A stretch of 40,143 bases of DNA from a virus. The stretch is taken from the IMG/VR virus record IMGVR_UViG_3300027850_000001, positions 1 through 40,143 of that record; one strand, given 5' to 3'. The translations under genes and the position numbers were made by a program. Below, piece after piece: positions 16,048 through 25,284 of this stretch. The notes beneath the pieces were generated by a model. It worked only from the letters and a program-made list of their open reading frames with translations. It did no database searches and was not told where the DNA came from. Each line of letters begins with the position of its first letter. The stretch's first letter is position 1.

Positions 16048-16626
16048 CTATTTAATAAAGTTGGTGATGGCTGGTAAAGCAACTGTCGTTATCAAGTCGA
16101 TGTAGTCGTCGTAAGTGCTGTCGTTATTTAGGATGACCTTATTGATGAACTTCGCGCCGTTAGCTGCTAGGTGGATGTCTGACTCTAGTTCAGTCCCACG
16201 ACCAGTTATGACGATGTTAAGTATGTCTTCCTGTGGGAACCTATTTAGGACTAAGGCGGCTTCATTAGGAGCGCGTAGGTCAGTCATCACAAAAGCTTTT
16301 AAACCTTGCCAAGATGCTTCAACCGCGCCTAACGATAAACCATGTGGGTGAATGGACTTCCAAACTTTGAAGGCATTTACCATCACGTCTAGATAGGTGT
16401 ATGCCATTGTGATGCCAGTTACGATATCGACGACGCGGTTGTTACGCGCTTCACTATCTAGAAAACCAACTGGCAATGACATGAATGTTTCAAAGGCACG
16501 CTTCATAGGTGCGGCAAACTTAACGACTGGTAAACCAGTTAGGTCTGCTAAGGTGTCTTTACCACTGCGAGATAAACCGCTAACGATAATGACCTTGGCA
16601 GTATTTTCTAAAGTTTTGAGTAACAT
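16048..16626 (-). CDS. Deoxynucleoside monophosphate kinase, T4 gp1-like.
   Basis: 192 aa. The P-loop IIVSGLSRSGKDTLADL resembles T4 gp1 LSGVKRSGKDT. VKFAAPMKRAF and TDLRAPNEAA resemble gp1 blocks. Confidence 0.65.
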   Translation of the reverse strand: MLLKTLENTAKVIIVSGLSRSGKDTLADLTGLPVVKFAAPMKRAFETFMSLPVGFLDSEARNNRVVDIVTGITMAYTYLDVMVNAFKVWKSIHPHGLSLGAVEASWQGLKAFVMTDLRAPNEAALVLNRFPQEDILNIVITGRGTELESDIHLAANGAKFINKVILNNDSTYDDYIDLITTVALPAITNFIK

Positions 16627-16630
16627 ATTT

Positions 16631-16852
16631 TTAGGCTCTTAGGAATGTAGAAGGGTTAACGTTGTAAGTAGCAAAACTAGGTAAGATGCAAGCAGGACAT
16701 AATAGGCTATCATATTCGTACCAAACTAGGGTTGTATGTCGAAGTAGACTTTCTGACCATGTAACTAACTCGGAAGGTTTTTTAGGTGTACCTTGAAACT
16801 TTCTCGGAGGAGTAGCAGTTTGAGCCATCTTTGGCGGTGCGGTCTGTAACAT
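16631..16852 (-). CDS. Hypothetical protein.
   Basis: 73-aa ORF about 25 nt downstream of the expected start site of promoter 16883..16911. Its leader is (GA)n-rich. Confidence 0.45.
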   Translation of the reverse strand: MLQTAPPKMAQTATPPRKFQGTPKKPSELVTWSESLLRHTTLVWYEYDSLLCPACILPSFATYNVNPSTFLRA

Positions 16853-16859
16853 CTTTTCT

Positions 16860-16872
16860 TCTCTCTCTCTCT
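16860..16872. repeat. (TC)6 microsatellite, (GA)6 on the coding strand, in the leader of 16631..16852.
   Basis: Read directly: tctctctctctct. Confidence 0.8.
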
Positions 16873-16882
16873 TTCTTCCTTT

Positions 16883-16911
16883 ATTCTAACACACTTTCAA
16901 CCGTTTACCAA
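16883..16911 (-). promoter_or_regulatory. Promoter TTGGTA-N17-TAGAAT with a TGT extension.
   Basis: The minus strand reads TTGGTAAACGGTTGAAAGTGTGTTAGAATAAAGGAAG. Confidence 0.55.
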
Positions 16912-16969
16912 AAAGACATAAAAGTACATAACATTCTTTTTCTTAGTACTAATGTACCATTCTAGGATG

Positions 16970-16997
16970 ACCGGGAGAGGGTCTGTTTTCTCCCGGT
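16970..16997 (-). terminator. Strong hairpin downstream of the polymerase gene. No U-tract.
   Basis: ACCGGGAGA (16970-16978) pairs with TCTCCCGGT (16989-16997): 9 bp with a 10-nt loop. Confidence 0.4.
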
Positions 16998-17014
16998 GGT
17001 ACGTTCTTACCTTC

Positions 17015-19549
17015 TTAAAATGGTACTTCTATCTCACCTGGGGTTAATGTGTAACCGTAAGGTAGTAAAGCATCTTGACTTGGTGTAATGGCTTCTGCAT
17101 TGTCAGCGCCATTTTCACTCGGATCTGGAAAAGACACCTTACGCCAAACATGGTCTACATCTACCCCTGAAAACCAAGCACAGGCTTGAGGTATTCCATC
17201 TAAACCAAAGGCTTCAATGTAGATAGCCCTTGTGTAAAGGTGAGCTAGTTGTAAGGCGTAACCAGCAGCGCCAACTTGACTATCGGGTACTAAATAACGA
17301 ACTTCGTCATGGATAGGCATTAGGAGCTTACCATTCACATTAAGTTTCTTGAAGAAGTAGTGACAAAGGGTAAGAAGTATGTCACGCATGTCAACACCAC
17401 TGGACTGAATGCACCAGTTTATCTTTGTTGTCATGAAGTCTTTACCGGAAGTGGAAAGTGATAGTGATAGTGCAGCGCCTAGTACAGGTGTTCTAGGTAT
17501 AGCATTAGCGACTAAACGTTCCATGTAGTTGAAACTTTCAGATCCTAAGCCGTCTACCCATTTACCATTCCGTTTAACACCCTTTACCATTCTGATAAGG
17601 TAGTCAGTCTTTTCTTGAACTTCCCTATCGGTAAAGGCTGCATTAGACTTTCTGATGTAAGCGAACACGCCTTTGGAACCTAAGCCATAAAGCATTCCAT
17701 AAAAGATGTTCTTGGCTAGGGTGCGACCTATTCCGGCTAAGAGCGAGATGACGCTGTGAACATCTGTCTTCTGACTCTTAATGCCAACTAGCATTGTTAA
17801 GCCAAAGGATGAGGAACCGCAATAACCCATTAATGTGTCAGAAAATAGTGAGGCTATCCACGCTTCCTGTCCGTCAATATCAGCGCCAACTATCTTGAAT
17901 CCGAGAGGCGCTTCTATCATTGTCTTCAGTTCAGTACCTATTCTACCTTTCTTGGCATTAGGTGCGCACTGCCAAGTTGAGTCAGCAGCGCGGCGTGAGA
18001 CAGTACCAGTCGGAACGATAGCAGGTGTACAAACTGGGAACCCTTCTGGACTTTCCGTTCTAATGGCGGCAACTCGACTTCTCAAGCCTGTCCAGTTTAC
18101 GCAGGTTATGACCTTGGCAACTGTCTCACGAAGTAAAGGGTTAGTACTGTCAAGGATGCCAGCATCAAACCAGCCCGCCTTTGCTAGCTTCTCTGAGAAT
18201 AAGAATGACAAAGCCTTGTCAGCGTCCTCAAAGTTGTCTAAGAAGGCTTCAGTCGTTCTCCACCCTTCACAAGGCTTACCACCTTCAGTCTTTAAGGTAG
18301 GGTGTTTTTCCCAGTACAAGGGTAAACCTTTATAGGTCATGCTTAGTACTGCTACGGCTATCCTAGATGCCATTGTGACGTCTTCCGCCTTAATAGTCCT
18401 AAGCCATTTAGGTTGACCTTTAGTCTTTCCTGATAAACCCCTAGTCCAGTCTAGCCATTGTAAATGTTGGGGAATGTCTTCGTCAGCTATGAAGCCATAT
18501 TCGGATCTGAAGTTCTCATAAGCTAACCTAATGTCCTCAAGCACAGAAGCCATTGTCTCGTTATAAACCGCTTCTGCCTTGTCGTAGTAGCCTGGGAACC
18601 TTGTAGCCGATAAAGGTAGCCAACACTGCCCTAGCAACATCTGACCACTGAATGAAGCCTTAGATGGTTGAGCCATCTTTAACTCCGGATAGACGTGAGA
18701 GAACACTTCATGAGTTGCCATTACGTCGTCCAGACAGTAAGGCAGTACTTGTGGCATGTAACCCCACATCTGCTTAGGGTTCATCGTAACAAGGCTGTCA
18801 CGGGTTGTCTTGGTAAGGGTCTTCTTGGTGTAAAAGTTGTAAACTGCTGCTAGCCCTTTGGACGATGTTTCTTCACTCCAAGCCGAATAGTACTCCGACT
18901 TAAAAGCTCCGATCTGTTGGTTTGACATTCCGCGGACTGCAATAAAAGCACCCATTGTGTCGAAGTAATAGTTCGAGTCATCTGACCTATAGGACTCGCT
19001 GAAATAGCTCCGATCGTAAGGTACGTTATGACCAACTATGACTTGGTTGTCTCCTATGCTGACTGTTGTCACTAGGTCAGAATGTGAAGCCCATTGCCAA
19101 ACATACCAGCCTTTGTCAAGTACATAGCAAACACAAGTGGTAGGATACCAGTGTGTACCATTCTGAACTGTTTCAAAGTCAGCTACCATTGTTGAACCGT
19201 TAGCAGGCTTTTGACAGTGTTGCCAAGTCTTGCCCGTCCATCTCATCCATCCACTTTGGTTACAAGGGATGTTTTGTGGCGGCTTGGCAAGGGTGACAGT
19301 ACTCAACCTATCTAAACGTGCCAGGTAGTCATCTGCTACGGCTGACGCGTCTTCTAGGAGGTCTGAAGCTAAACCACAGAAAGAAGGTAGGGGAAGTTCG
19401 ACATTGGCACTAACGTCAGTTGCGTCTTGTAAGCCTGACGCAAGCCAGTTAGCTTGCATCTCCCGAACTTCTCTATTGGATGGTAAGTTAGGAACACGTC
19501 CTAACACTTGCAGGTGGAGTTGGTCTGATAATAACTTTACTTTGGTCAT
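17015..19549 (-). CDS. Family A DNA polymerase with a 3'-5' exonuclease domain.
   Basis: 844 aa. Exo motifs VADFETV, GHNVPYDRSYF, YCLDDVMATHEVF. Pol motif A VGADIDGQEAW, motif B RTLAKNIFYGMLYG, motif C PIHDEVRY. The start is uncertain, because the first 62 nt overlap the upstream ORF. Confidence 0.9.
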   Translation of the reverse strand: MTKVKLLSDQLHLQVLGRVPNLPSNREVREMQANWLASGLQDATDVSANVELPLPSFCGLASDLLEDASAVADDYLARLDRLSTVTLAKPPQNIPCNQSGWMRWTGKTWQHCQKPANGSTMVADFETVQNGTHWYPTTCVCYVLDKGWYVWQWASHSDLVTTVSIGDNQVIVGHNVPYDRSYFSESYRSDDSNYYFDTMGAFIAVRGMSNQQIGAFKSEYYSAWSEETSSKGLAAVYNFYTKKTLTKTTRDSLVTMNPKQMWGYMPQVLPYCLDDVMATHEVFSHVYPELKMAQPSKASFSGQMLLGQCWLPLSATRFPGYYDKAEAVYNETMASVLEDIRLAYENFRSEYGFIADEDIPQHLQWLDWTRGLSGKTKGQPKWLRTIKAEDVTMASRIAVAVLSMTYKGLPLYWEKHPTLKTEGGKPCEGWRTTEAFLDNFEDADKALSFLFSEKLAKAGWFDAGILDSTNPLLRETVAKVITCVNWTGLRSRVAAIRTESPEGFPVCTPAIVPTGTVSRRAADSTWQCAPNAKKGRIGTELKTMIEAPLGFKIVGADIDGQEAWIASLFSDTLMGYCGSSSFGLTMLVGIKSQKTDVHSVISLLAGIGRTLAKNIFYGMLYGLGSKGVFAYIRKSNAAFTDREVQEKTDYLIRMVKGVKRNGKWVDGLGSESFNYMERLVANAIPRTPVLGAALSLSLSTSGKDFMTTKINWCIQSSGVDMRDILLTLCHYFFKKLNVNGKLLMPIHDEVRYLVPDSQVGAAGYALQLAHLYTRAIYIEAFGLDGIPQACAWFSGVDVDHVWRKVSFPDPSENGADNAEAITPSQDALLPYGYTLTPGEIEVPF

Positions 19550-20150
19550 GGTGGTTATATTCTACTTGGTGAACGTCTGTTGTATTTAGGTAGCCACATA
19601 TAGCATCACTGTACCTGGCTGACTTACTTATAGCATCTCTGATAGCTGCTGTCAAGGGTCTTTTTCTCAACCATCCGAAAGTCTTAATAGAGTGTAACAC
19701 AGCTACCTTTGTCATCACCCTAACCTTAGTCCCTTGTAAGATGGCATAGATGGGACAAACTCCGGTGTTAAACCAGCCTACTGGTAGCCATCTTTCGTCA
19801 TCTGTCCTTAGGTCGTTAACCCCTGTTGGGTTCTCTTGCTGATAAAGTTCAAACCCGATATTCTTATACTTACAACCACTTTCTTGTCTTTTAATACTAA
19901 GTGGATATATTCCGGGAGTGACACCTATCTCTTCCCACTGCGAGCCAACTGTTATCCAACAGTCGATATCTTGCATGATGTTCTCATACTTTGAACTATC
20001 TTCCGTTGGGATGCCTAGTTCTTCTAAGAGTTGTCTGACGGTTCTTTCGCCAGCTAAACCCATTCCTAATGATGTTCCGTAATAAGACATGATGTTAAAT
20101 GTTAAAGAAGGTTTGACATTGAGGGGTTTGTTCTTTGGGTTCTCTTTCAT
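19488..20150 (-). CDS. Hypothetical protein, possible PD-(D/E)xK-type nuclease.
   Basis: 220-aa ORF. The true start may be MSYYG at 20090, 4 nt after the stop of the small upstream ORF. QDIDCW ... LSIKRQE is weakly reminiscent of a D...(D/E/S)xK nuclease core. Confidence 0.45.
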   Translation of the reverse strand: MKENPKNKPLNVKPSLTFNIMSYYGTSLGMGLAGERTVRQLLEELGIPTEDSSKYENIMQDIDCWITVGSQWEEIGVTPGIYPLSIKRQESGCKYKNIGFELYQQENPTGVNDLRTDDERWLPVGWFNTGVCPIYAILQGTKVRVMTKVAVLHSIKTFGWLRKRPLTAAIRDAISKSARYSDAICGYLNTTDVHQVEYNHHDQSKVIIRPTPPASVRTCS

Positions 20151-20244
20151 TATAACCCCTCACGGCGGATATGAATGTTAAGAAAGATAAACCTATCATC
20201 ACACCGTAAACTACGGTAAGGGTTGTAAAGTCTGTATGTTTCAT
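20095..20244 (-). CDS. 49-aa membrane protein candidate (below the ORF-track cutoff).
   Basis: Hand translation: MKHTDFTTLTVVYGVMIGLSFLTFISAVRGYNEREPKEQTPQCQTFFNI. It has one hydrophobic helix and starts about 15 nt after the expected start site of promoter 20263..20291. Confidence 0.4.
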   Translation of the reverse strand: MKHTDFTTLTVVYGVMIGLSFLTFISAVRGYNEREPKEQTPQCQTFFNI

Positions 20245-20262
20245 TCTCTCTGGTGTTCTTTT

Positions 20263-20291
20263 ATCTTAGCGAAGACTCAACAGGATGTCAA
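20263..20291 (-). promoter_or_regulatory. Consensus promoter TTGACA-N17-TAAGAT.
   Basis: -35 at 20286-20291, -10 at 20263-20268, then an AAAAGAACACCAGAGAGA leader. Confidence 0.7.
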
Positions 20292-20304
20292 GTCTTTTTT
20301 CAAA

Positions 20305-20616
20305 CTAGTTTAGAGATGCTTTTTGAAGTATTTCTTTCAAGGGTGAAGAGACTACAGTCCGTACTAGTAAACGGAAGTCAGCCAAACTAAGGTAAGATGT
20401 TGGTTTGTTTTCGCCGGGTAGTACTGTGTAAAGGAAAGAGTGAACGTCAGTCTTATGAACTATTCGCATTACACGGGCTATATCTCTCTTACCTAGAAAA
20501 CAGATGGGAGCATAGAAGCATAAAGCACTTGTCGTTACGCCCTGCGAGCCATCTGATAAGGTTATGACGTTGATGTCTAATGTGTGATGGTAAACATTTT
20601 TAAGACAGGCTAACAT
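20305..20616 (-). CDS. Hypothetical protein, distant member of the small early paralog family.
   Basis: 103 aa with its own consensus promoter. The C-terminal SYLSLADFRLLVRTV resembles NVISLTDFNLVLIRL of 26510..27172. Confidence 0.5.
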   Translation of the reverse strand: MLACLKNVYHHTLDINVITLSDGSQGVTTSALCFYAPICFLGKRDIARVMRIVHKTDVHSFLYTVLPGENKPTSYLSLADFRLLVRTVVSSPLKEILQKASLN

Positions 20617-20647
20617 AGGTAGGAGACTCTTTTTCTGATGTCTCTTT

Positions 20648-20676
20648 ATCCTAGCTAACCTGTCTTAGTTTGTCAA
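20648..20676 (-). promoter_or_regulatory. Consensus promoter TTGACA-N17-TAGGAT.
   Basis: -35 at 20671-20676, -10 at 20648-20653. Confidence 0.7.
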
Positions 20677-20689
20677 GCCATTTTCAGAC

Positions 20690-22414
20690 TTATTTAAGAA
20701 GTATTTCAAGGCTGTCTTCTAACTGCCTACTAACCACCTTCTTTTCGTCATCAGTCCAAGCGGAATATTCATGCATTTTGGCAACAAACTCTTCAGGACA
20801 TATCTGACTGTAATAGGCGCTTACAGATCCGGGATATTTGTAACCATCAGAACTGTGAATAAGTTGCGAAACTTTGTTAAACATACTCTGGGGTGACTCT
20901 GAGTCTATCGAGCGTATTAGTTCATGAATAGACCGCTTAATGGTCTTTGTATTACTCGCTGTAACACCTTTAGGGAAGAAGTCACTATCACGCCCTATTC
21001 CAGAGACAGTGGCTGCAATAGTTGCTAGTAAGTACTGGGAGCCATATTCCGATAGTAAGGTTCTTACCTTGTCTTCTTTTTCTTCAACAGACATATATTT
21101 ATCGATAGCGACTCCAAAGGCTACTAGATGTGCCGTAGCAGTACACATATCTTTCAGGCTAGTTAAGCCTGGTCTAACAGCGTAACTTAGTCTTAAGGAC
21201 TCATAAGTGGCATGAAGAGTGTTAGCGTCCATGTGTTCTTTGAACATCTCTTGGCTCTTCACTAGGAGGTGCATCATTAAGGCTTCAAGCGTTACCTCAT
21301 GTTTAGCTGCAAGGGCATACCATTGAGAGTATAAAGTCTTTTGTTCGCCTTTACTTAATGCCCATGTACTCTTGGTAGATAGGACGTTAGCCCGTGAAAT
21401 ATGTCCTGCATCAGCGCCAATATATTGCGCTTGCTTATTGTAGTTAGTACACCCTATGATGACTGCTGTTGTCTTAACACCACACTGCATGTCCTGTCCT
21501 TTATCTTCTGTCGTCATTAAACCACCGCTAGCTATTATCTTGACAGATGCATTCTTCATGAAAGAGTGTTGAACATCACTATTGAAGTCGTCTCTTAGTG
21601 CGAAGTCAGCAGTAGCGGGTTTACCCCAGTTGAACTTACTAGACATCTCAGTAGGTAAGTCTTGACAAACATAACCTAAGGATGACACTACTTTTTCCAA
21701 TAGCTGAATGAAGAAGCTCTTACCCATCCCAGCTATATCGGAATGTAGTAAGCACCATCCACGCCATCTATGGTCTATAACCCTACCATCTAAGGTTACT
21801 TGACCCTTAGCACCCCATAAACCACGACCTAACATCATCATAAGCATGGTAGCTTCAGCGTCAGGTAGGACGTGTAATAGCTCCATAACATCCAAGTCTC
21901 TCAGATGTTCCGGAACAAACTGAAATAGGGGTAACACTTTATTACCGTAACCAGTACCACCTTGCGTGTCTAAAACGCGGCTATCAACCTCATCCGAGCT
22001 TTTAGCAACGCTATTCATTGCGTTACCATTAGTAGTGTTCTCGAACAAAGATGTGTAAGCTTTAATAGCCTTATCCATCCAAGTCTTTGAACGGTTCTGA
22101 CCTTGCTCGTAACGCACCCAACTTAATATCATCTTTCTCAATGCAGATGTATTAGTGACGGTCTTTATAAGGCGTCTTGAGTTGCTAACATTACAACCAT
22201 CTATCCGTATGTAGTCAGTAAGATAGAAAGACCAGCCGCAATACTTACCTAATGGATCGGGAGCCATTAAATATCCTCTCGGTTCCATATAAGCCACTAG
22301 GTCTGCCAGTACCTCATCAAAAGCAATAAAAGTACCTGTCTCTTCACCGCCATGTTCTGCTTCATGTTCAGCTTTACCATTCATGTCAGCAGGGTCATGT
22401 GTTTTCATAGTCAT
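20690..22414 (-). CDS. Replicative NTPase/helicase of the P4/D5 (SF3) type, possibly a primase-helicase.
   Basis: 574 aa. The P-loop context WRGWCLLHSDIAGMGKSFFIQLLEKV is typical of the phage/plasmid primase P4-family C-terminal domain. It lies in the replication module. Confidence 0.6.
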   Translation of the reverse strand: MTMKTHDPADMNGKAEHEAEHGGEETGTFIAFDEVLADLVAYMEPRGYLMAPDPLGKYCGWSFYLTDYIRIDGCNVSNSRRLIKTVTNTSALRKMILSWVRYEQGQNRSKTWMDKAIKAYTSLFENTTNGNAMNSVAKSSDEVDSRVLDTQGGTGYGNKVLPLFQFVPEHLRDLDVMELLHVLPDAEATMLMMMLGRGLWGAKGQVTLDGRVIDHRWRGWCLLHSDIAGMGKSFFIQLLEKVVSSLGYVCQDLPTEMSSKFNWGKPATADFALRDDFNSDVQHSFMKNASVKIIASGGLMTTEDKGQDMQCGVKTTAVIIGCTNYNKQAQYIGADAGHISRANVLSTKSTWALSKGEQKTLYSQWYALAAKHEVTLEALMMHLLVKSQEMFKEHMDANTLHATYESLRLSYAVRPGLTSLKDMCTATAHLVAFGVAIDKYMSVEEKEDKVRTLLSEYGSQYLLATIAATVSGIGRDSDFFPKGVTASNTKTIKRSIHELIRSIDSESPQSMFNKVSQLIHSSDGYKYPGSVSAYYSQICPEEFVAKMHEYSAWTDDEKKVVSRQLEDSLEILLK

Positions 22415-22501
22415 AGTCGTCAGTCCTTTATGTTTAGTGCGCGGGGTGTATTGGAAAGAGTGAGGCGGCGAAAGGGCTAGATGTCTAACCCCTTGCCTTA
22501 T

Positions 22502-22530
22502 ATCTTACTAGAAGTCGACGTCGTTGTCAA
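22502..22530 (-). promoter_or_regulatory. Consensus promoter TTGACA-N17-TAAGAT, embedded in the 3' end of the upstream gene.
   Basis: -35 at 22525-22530, -10 at 22502-22507, directly adjacent to the stop codon at 22508-22510. Confidence 0.65.
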
Positions 22531-23401
22531 GGTCTAAAAGTGAAGAAGGAATAGTAGGTTCCACAGCTAGGGTTACAACTTCAAAAGAGTAGGCACTGAA
22601 GTCGATAGCTCCTATGTTAGAAGTCGAGATGTAAACAACGTCACGGTACTGTGTTTCACGACCGTCAGCACCCTTCATAACCTTAATGTCACCTAGTTCA
22701 AGGTTCCAAGGGGTAGCAGCGCTGATGTTGTCATAACCTAATGCATTTAGCTTTTGAGCCACTTTGTTAGGTGCGGAATACCAGCCATGACCTTCAATGT
22801 TGACTTCAAACTTTTGAGCGCCTTGAAAACCAACAACTTCTTTAGCGCCGATAATATTGTAAACGCCGGGTTGAAGTTCCTTAATGTTGCTAGAGTTTGA
22901 GAAGCCTGTGGATAACGCTTCTGCCAGCTTACCTTTAGAATGTAAAGTGCGGGCGGAAGTGCGGTTCAAAGTAGGTTTGTAGTCTTTGTTGGCACGTAAT
23001 GGGATGGAAATAATATCGATATCGCCATCAACACCTTCTAAGTCATATTCGATGTTTACGTACTTTTCGCCAGTGAAAGTAGGTGTGTGAGCGATGTCGG
23101 TCAAAGCTAGTACCAACTTACCCCAGACTAAGGATGCAACACCCGCCACATTCTTAACGCAAGGATAGTAAACTGATAGCTTGCCGTTAGCATCTTTAGC
23201 ATAGTCAACGACATTCTTGACTTCATTCAGGTCAATACCTAAGAAGGTAGCAACACGGTTGAAGTGGTTATGAATGGAAGCGTCAACTGCAAGGATAGGA
23301 TGTGAAAGGGCAATGGAACCTTTAGAACCGTTAGGGATGTTAACAGAAGCTTTGTTAAGAACGTCAGCAACAATAACGGGAACTAGGTTTAAGTTAGCCA
23401 T
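22508..23401 (-). CDS. Putative single-stranded DNA-binding protein with an acidic C-terminal tail ending in Phe.
   Basis: I prefer ATG 23401 (MANLNLVPVIV..., 297 aa), because the longer track ORF starts at a GTG inside the promoter. The gene lies between the exonuclease and the helicase and ends ...SSLLDLDNDVDF, like the T7 gp2.5-type tail. The function is inferred, not motif-proven. Confidence 0.45.
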   Translation of the reverse strand: MANLNLVPVIVADVLNKASVNIPNGSKGSIALSHPILAVDASIHNHFNRVATFLGIDLNEVKNVVDYAKDANGKLSVYYPCVKNVAGVASLVWGKLVLALTDIAHTPTFTGEKYVNIEYDLEGVDGDIDIISIPLRANKDYKPTLNRTSARTLHSKGKLAEALSTGFSNSSNIKELQPGVYNIIGAKEVVGFQGAQKFEVNIEGHGWYSAPNKVAQKLNALGYDNISAATPWNLELGDIKVMKGADGRETQYRDVVYISTSNIGAIDFSAYSFEVVTLAVEPTIPSSLLDLDNDVDF

Positions 23402-23473
23402 ATTTAGAGTCTCTCTTTTTCTTTGTGAGTGTGTTTGGTGTGGAGTGTGTCTCTCTCTGTCCTCCACTTCTTA

Positions 23474-23482
23474 ATAATAACA
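23474..23482 (-). promoter_or_regulatory. Extended -10 promoter TGTTATTAT.
   Basis: The minus strand reads CCTTGTTATTATTAAGAAGTGGAGG. Confidence 0.45.
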
Positions 23483-23508
23483 AGGTTCTGAATAAAGCGC
23501 TTGCGTAT

Positions 23509-23772
23509 TTAGAAACTTTCTTTTCGTATCAAGCGATACATCGTTCTTCCTCTCAGAAATATAGGAAGTCGTTCTCCAACATGTAGGAGGCAACTTGAAA
23601 CATGGTTAAAGAGATAGTAACCATCCATCCCGTCAACAGCAAGGTAAGCGTGCCAAGAGTTAATAAGTTCATAGTCTTCATTTTTCCAGTCCTCATTATC
23701 TTTGTTTCTCATGTTGGCGGCTATTATGGAGTAGCCTTCAAAGTAGATAAAGCTGTAAGTATCGTTATGCAT
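23509..23772 (-). CDS. Hypothetical protein.
   Basis: 87-aa ORF directly after the exonuclease gene. Confidence 0.5.
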   Translation of the reverse strand: MHNDTYSFIYFEGYSIIAANMRNKDNEDWKNEDYELINSWHAYLAVDGMDGYYLFNHVSSCLLHVGERLPIFLRGRTMYRLIRKESF

Positions 23773-23780
23773 AAAGGCTC

Positions 23781-24773
23781 CTACGCTGCGTTAGCAATGA
23801 ATGGACGAATACCAAGTGCGCGAAGTTTCAACAGGTATGAGGCTGCTGTAACACCTAATGTAGCGTTATCGACGTCACCAGTCAGCAATGGCAAGTAGGT
23901 TGACCTAACCCGTGGTTGTAACCATAGTTTATGTTCAGTAGGAGGGTTCAACAGGTCAATAACCTCAATAGGACTGAAGATAGGCAACTTGTCAGATGCA
24001 TCCCCTACCTTTGCTTTATAGTCCCAAATATCTCTTGGAGTTTCAAAGGTAGTACCAAGTCTAGCTTGCGACCACTGGTTTACAGTTGTCAAGGACGCCC
24101 TAACTCTTGGCTCATAAGTTGCCAAGTTAAACCAGCCTACTGAGTCACTAACAAGACCTAACCAGTCAGTGTCGATAGTTAGCAGCCAAACATAGTCGAT
24201 GCCGTCCATGAGTGCTACAACGCAGGCGGCAACATCATCTGCTTCATAACCTTTAACACCTAGAAAAGTCCACCCATTCTTGTCAACACTTTCTCGCATT
24301 ACGATCCGTAGTAAGCTTTGAAAAGCACTAACCTGTTTACGACCACCTTTATAACAGATAGGCTTCACTTCTCTAGGCTTAGTTGGCTTACGACCTTTAT
24401 ATGTGTCATCAGTCGCTTTAAGTTCAACATGTCCTGCAACTCTTAAGTCGTAGTCGGTATGGATACGACTAACCCTAGCTTCTTCTATTTCAGGAAGGGT
24501 AACATAAGAATGTCTCCAATACTGACCATCTCTCTTGTTGTCACTGACAAACACTAGTTGGTACTTTGAAGGGCGGTTCTCACCCATGAAAACTAAGGAT
24601 GCCAAGTACTGCATTTGACCTTCAACTATGTCAGTCAGTACTGCTTTTTGACCAACTTCCGGCAGTGCTTGGAATGCAGGTGTGGTCATCAAAGGGTTCA
24701 GACTATCTTCCATTGCAAAGGCAAGAACCGAAAAGTCTAGAACTACTTTAGTTGTCATAAGTGAAAACCTCAC
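23781..24773 (-). CDS. 5'-3' exonuclease / flap endonuclease.
   Basis: 330 aa. The VKGYEADDVAACVVA motif is characteristic of the 5'-3' exonuclease (PIN-like FEN) family. Confidence 0.7.
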   Translation of the reverse strand: MRFSLMTTKVVLDFSVLAFAMEDSLNPLMTTPAFQALPEVGQKAVLTDIVEGQMQYLASLVFMGENRPSKYQLVFVSDNKRDGQYWRHSYVTLPEIEEARVSRIHTDYDLRVAGHVELKATDDTYKGRKPTKPREVKPICYKGGRKQVSAFQSLLRIVMRESVDKNGWTFLGVKGYEADDVAACVVALMDGIDYVWLLTIDTDWLGLVSDSVGWFNLATYEPRVRASLTTVNQWSQARLGTTFETPRDIWDYKAKVGDASDKLPIFSPIEVIDLLNPPTEHKLWLQPRVRSTYLPLLTGDVDNATLGVTAASYLLKLRALGIRPFIANAA

Positions 24774-25053
24774 ATTTTACTTCTTTACATTGCATCTGAT
24801 GTTGGGTTAGGTAGTAACCAGGGAACCCTTTAGCCTTCTCTTCCGAGTAAAGCTTACCTAACCTCTCCATCGCCTTGACAACATCTGAAAATATCTCATC
24901 GACGATAGTGGTTTGTGTTTCGGCTTCATTATGGTAAAGGGTGTTCCAAAAGTGGAGACTAACCCTAAAACCTTCAGGAACGGGCATACATTCAAAGCAA
25001 TAGATACCACCGACTATTACTTTTGTTATCCGTTCCATTCCGGGAATGTTCAT
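24748..25053 (-). CDS. Hypothetical protein.
   Basis: 101-aa ORF that overlaps the exonuclease start by 26 nt. Confidence 0.5.
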   Translation of the reverse strand: MNIPGMERITKVIVGGIYCFECMPVPEGFRVSLHFWNTLYHNEAETQTTIVDEIFSDVVKAMERLGKLYSEEKAKGFPGYYLTQHQMQCKEVKCEVFTYDN

Positions 25054-25054
25054 A

Positions 25055-25252
25055 TTAGAACCCTATCACGATGTCGAGCGCTTTTTCGAGATATGTCAAG
25101 TCTGCGAAAATGTCATCCATGTTTGCAACGGGATAGATGCCTGTTGCTTCAATGTAGAGTTCGTAAGTGACCCTTTGAATAGCTGTAAGGTACTTGGCTA
25201 TCAGGGTGTTATTTAGACCGTATTCGACATAAAGGAGGCTGCGTAATAACAT
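25055..25252 (-). CDS. Hypothetical protein.
   Basis: 65-aa ORF preceded by GAAGGAAAAG. Confidence 0.5.
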   Translation of the reverse strand: MLLRSLLYVEYGLNNTLIAKYLTAIQRVTYELYIEATGIYPVANMDDIFADLTYLEKALDIVIGF

Positions 25253-25284
25253 AATATTCTTTTCCTTCTAGGTTACTAGGGTGA

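Noticed and set aside
17835-18335. 166-aa plus-strand ORF.
   Set aside because: It is antisense within the well-supported DNA polymerase gene. The other short antisense ORFs listed in the track are rejected on the same grounds (for example 8304..8555, 20940..21185, 31877..32209, 36441..36737).
23402-23467. N-terminal extension (MEDRERHTPHQ...) of the SSB-like ORF.
   Set aside because: It starts at a GTG lying inside or next to the promoter element. ATG 23401 follows a normal leader.
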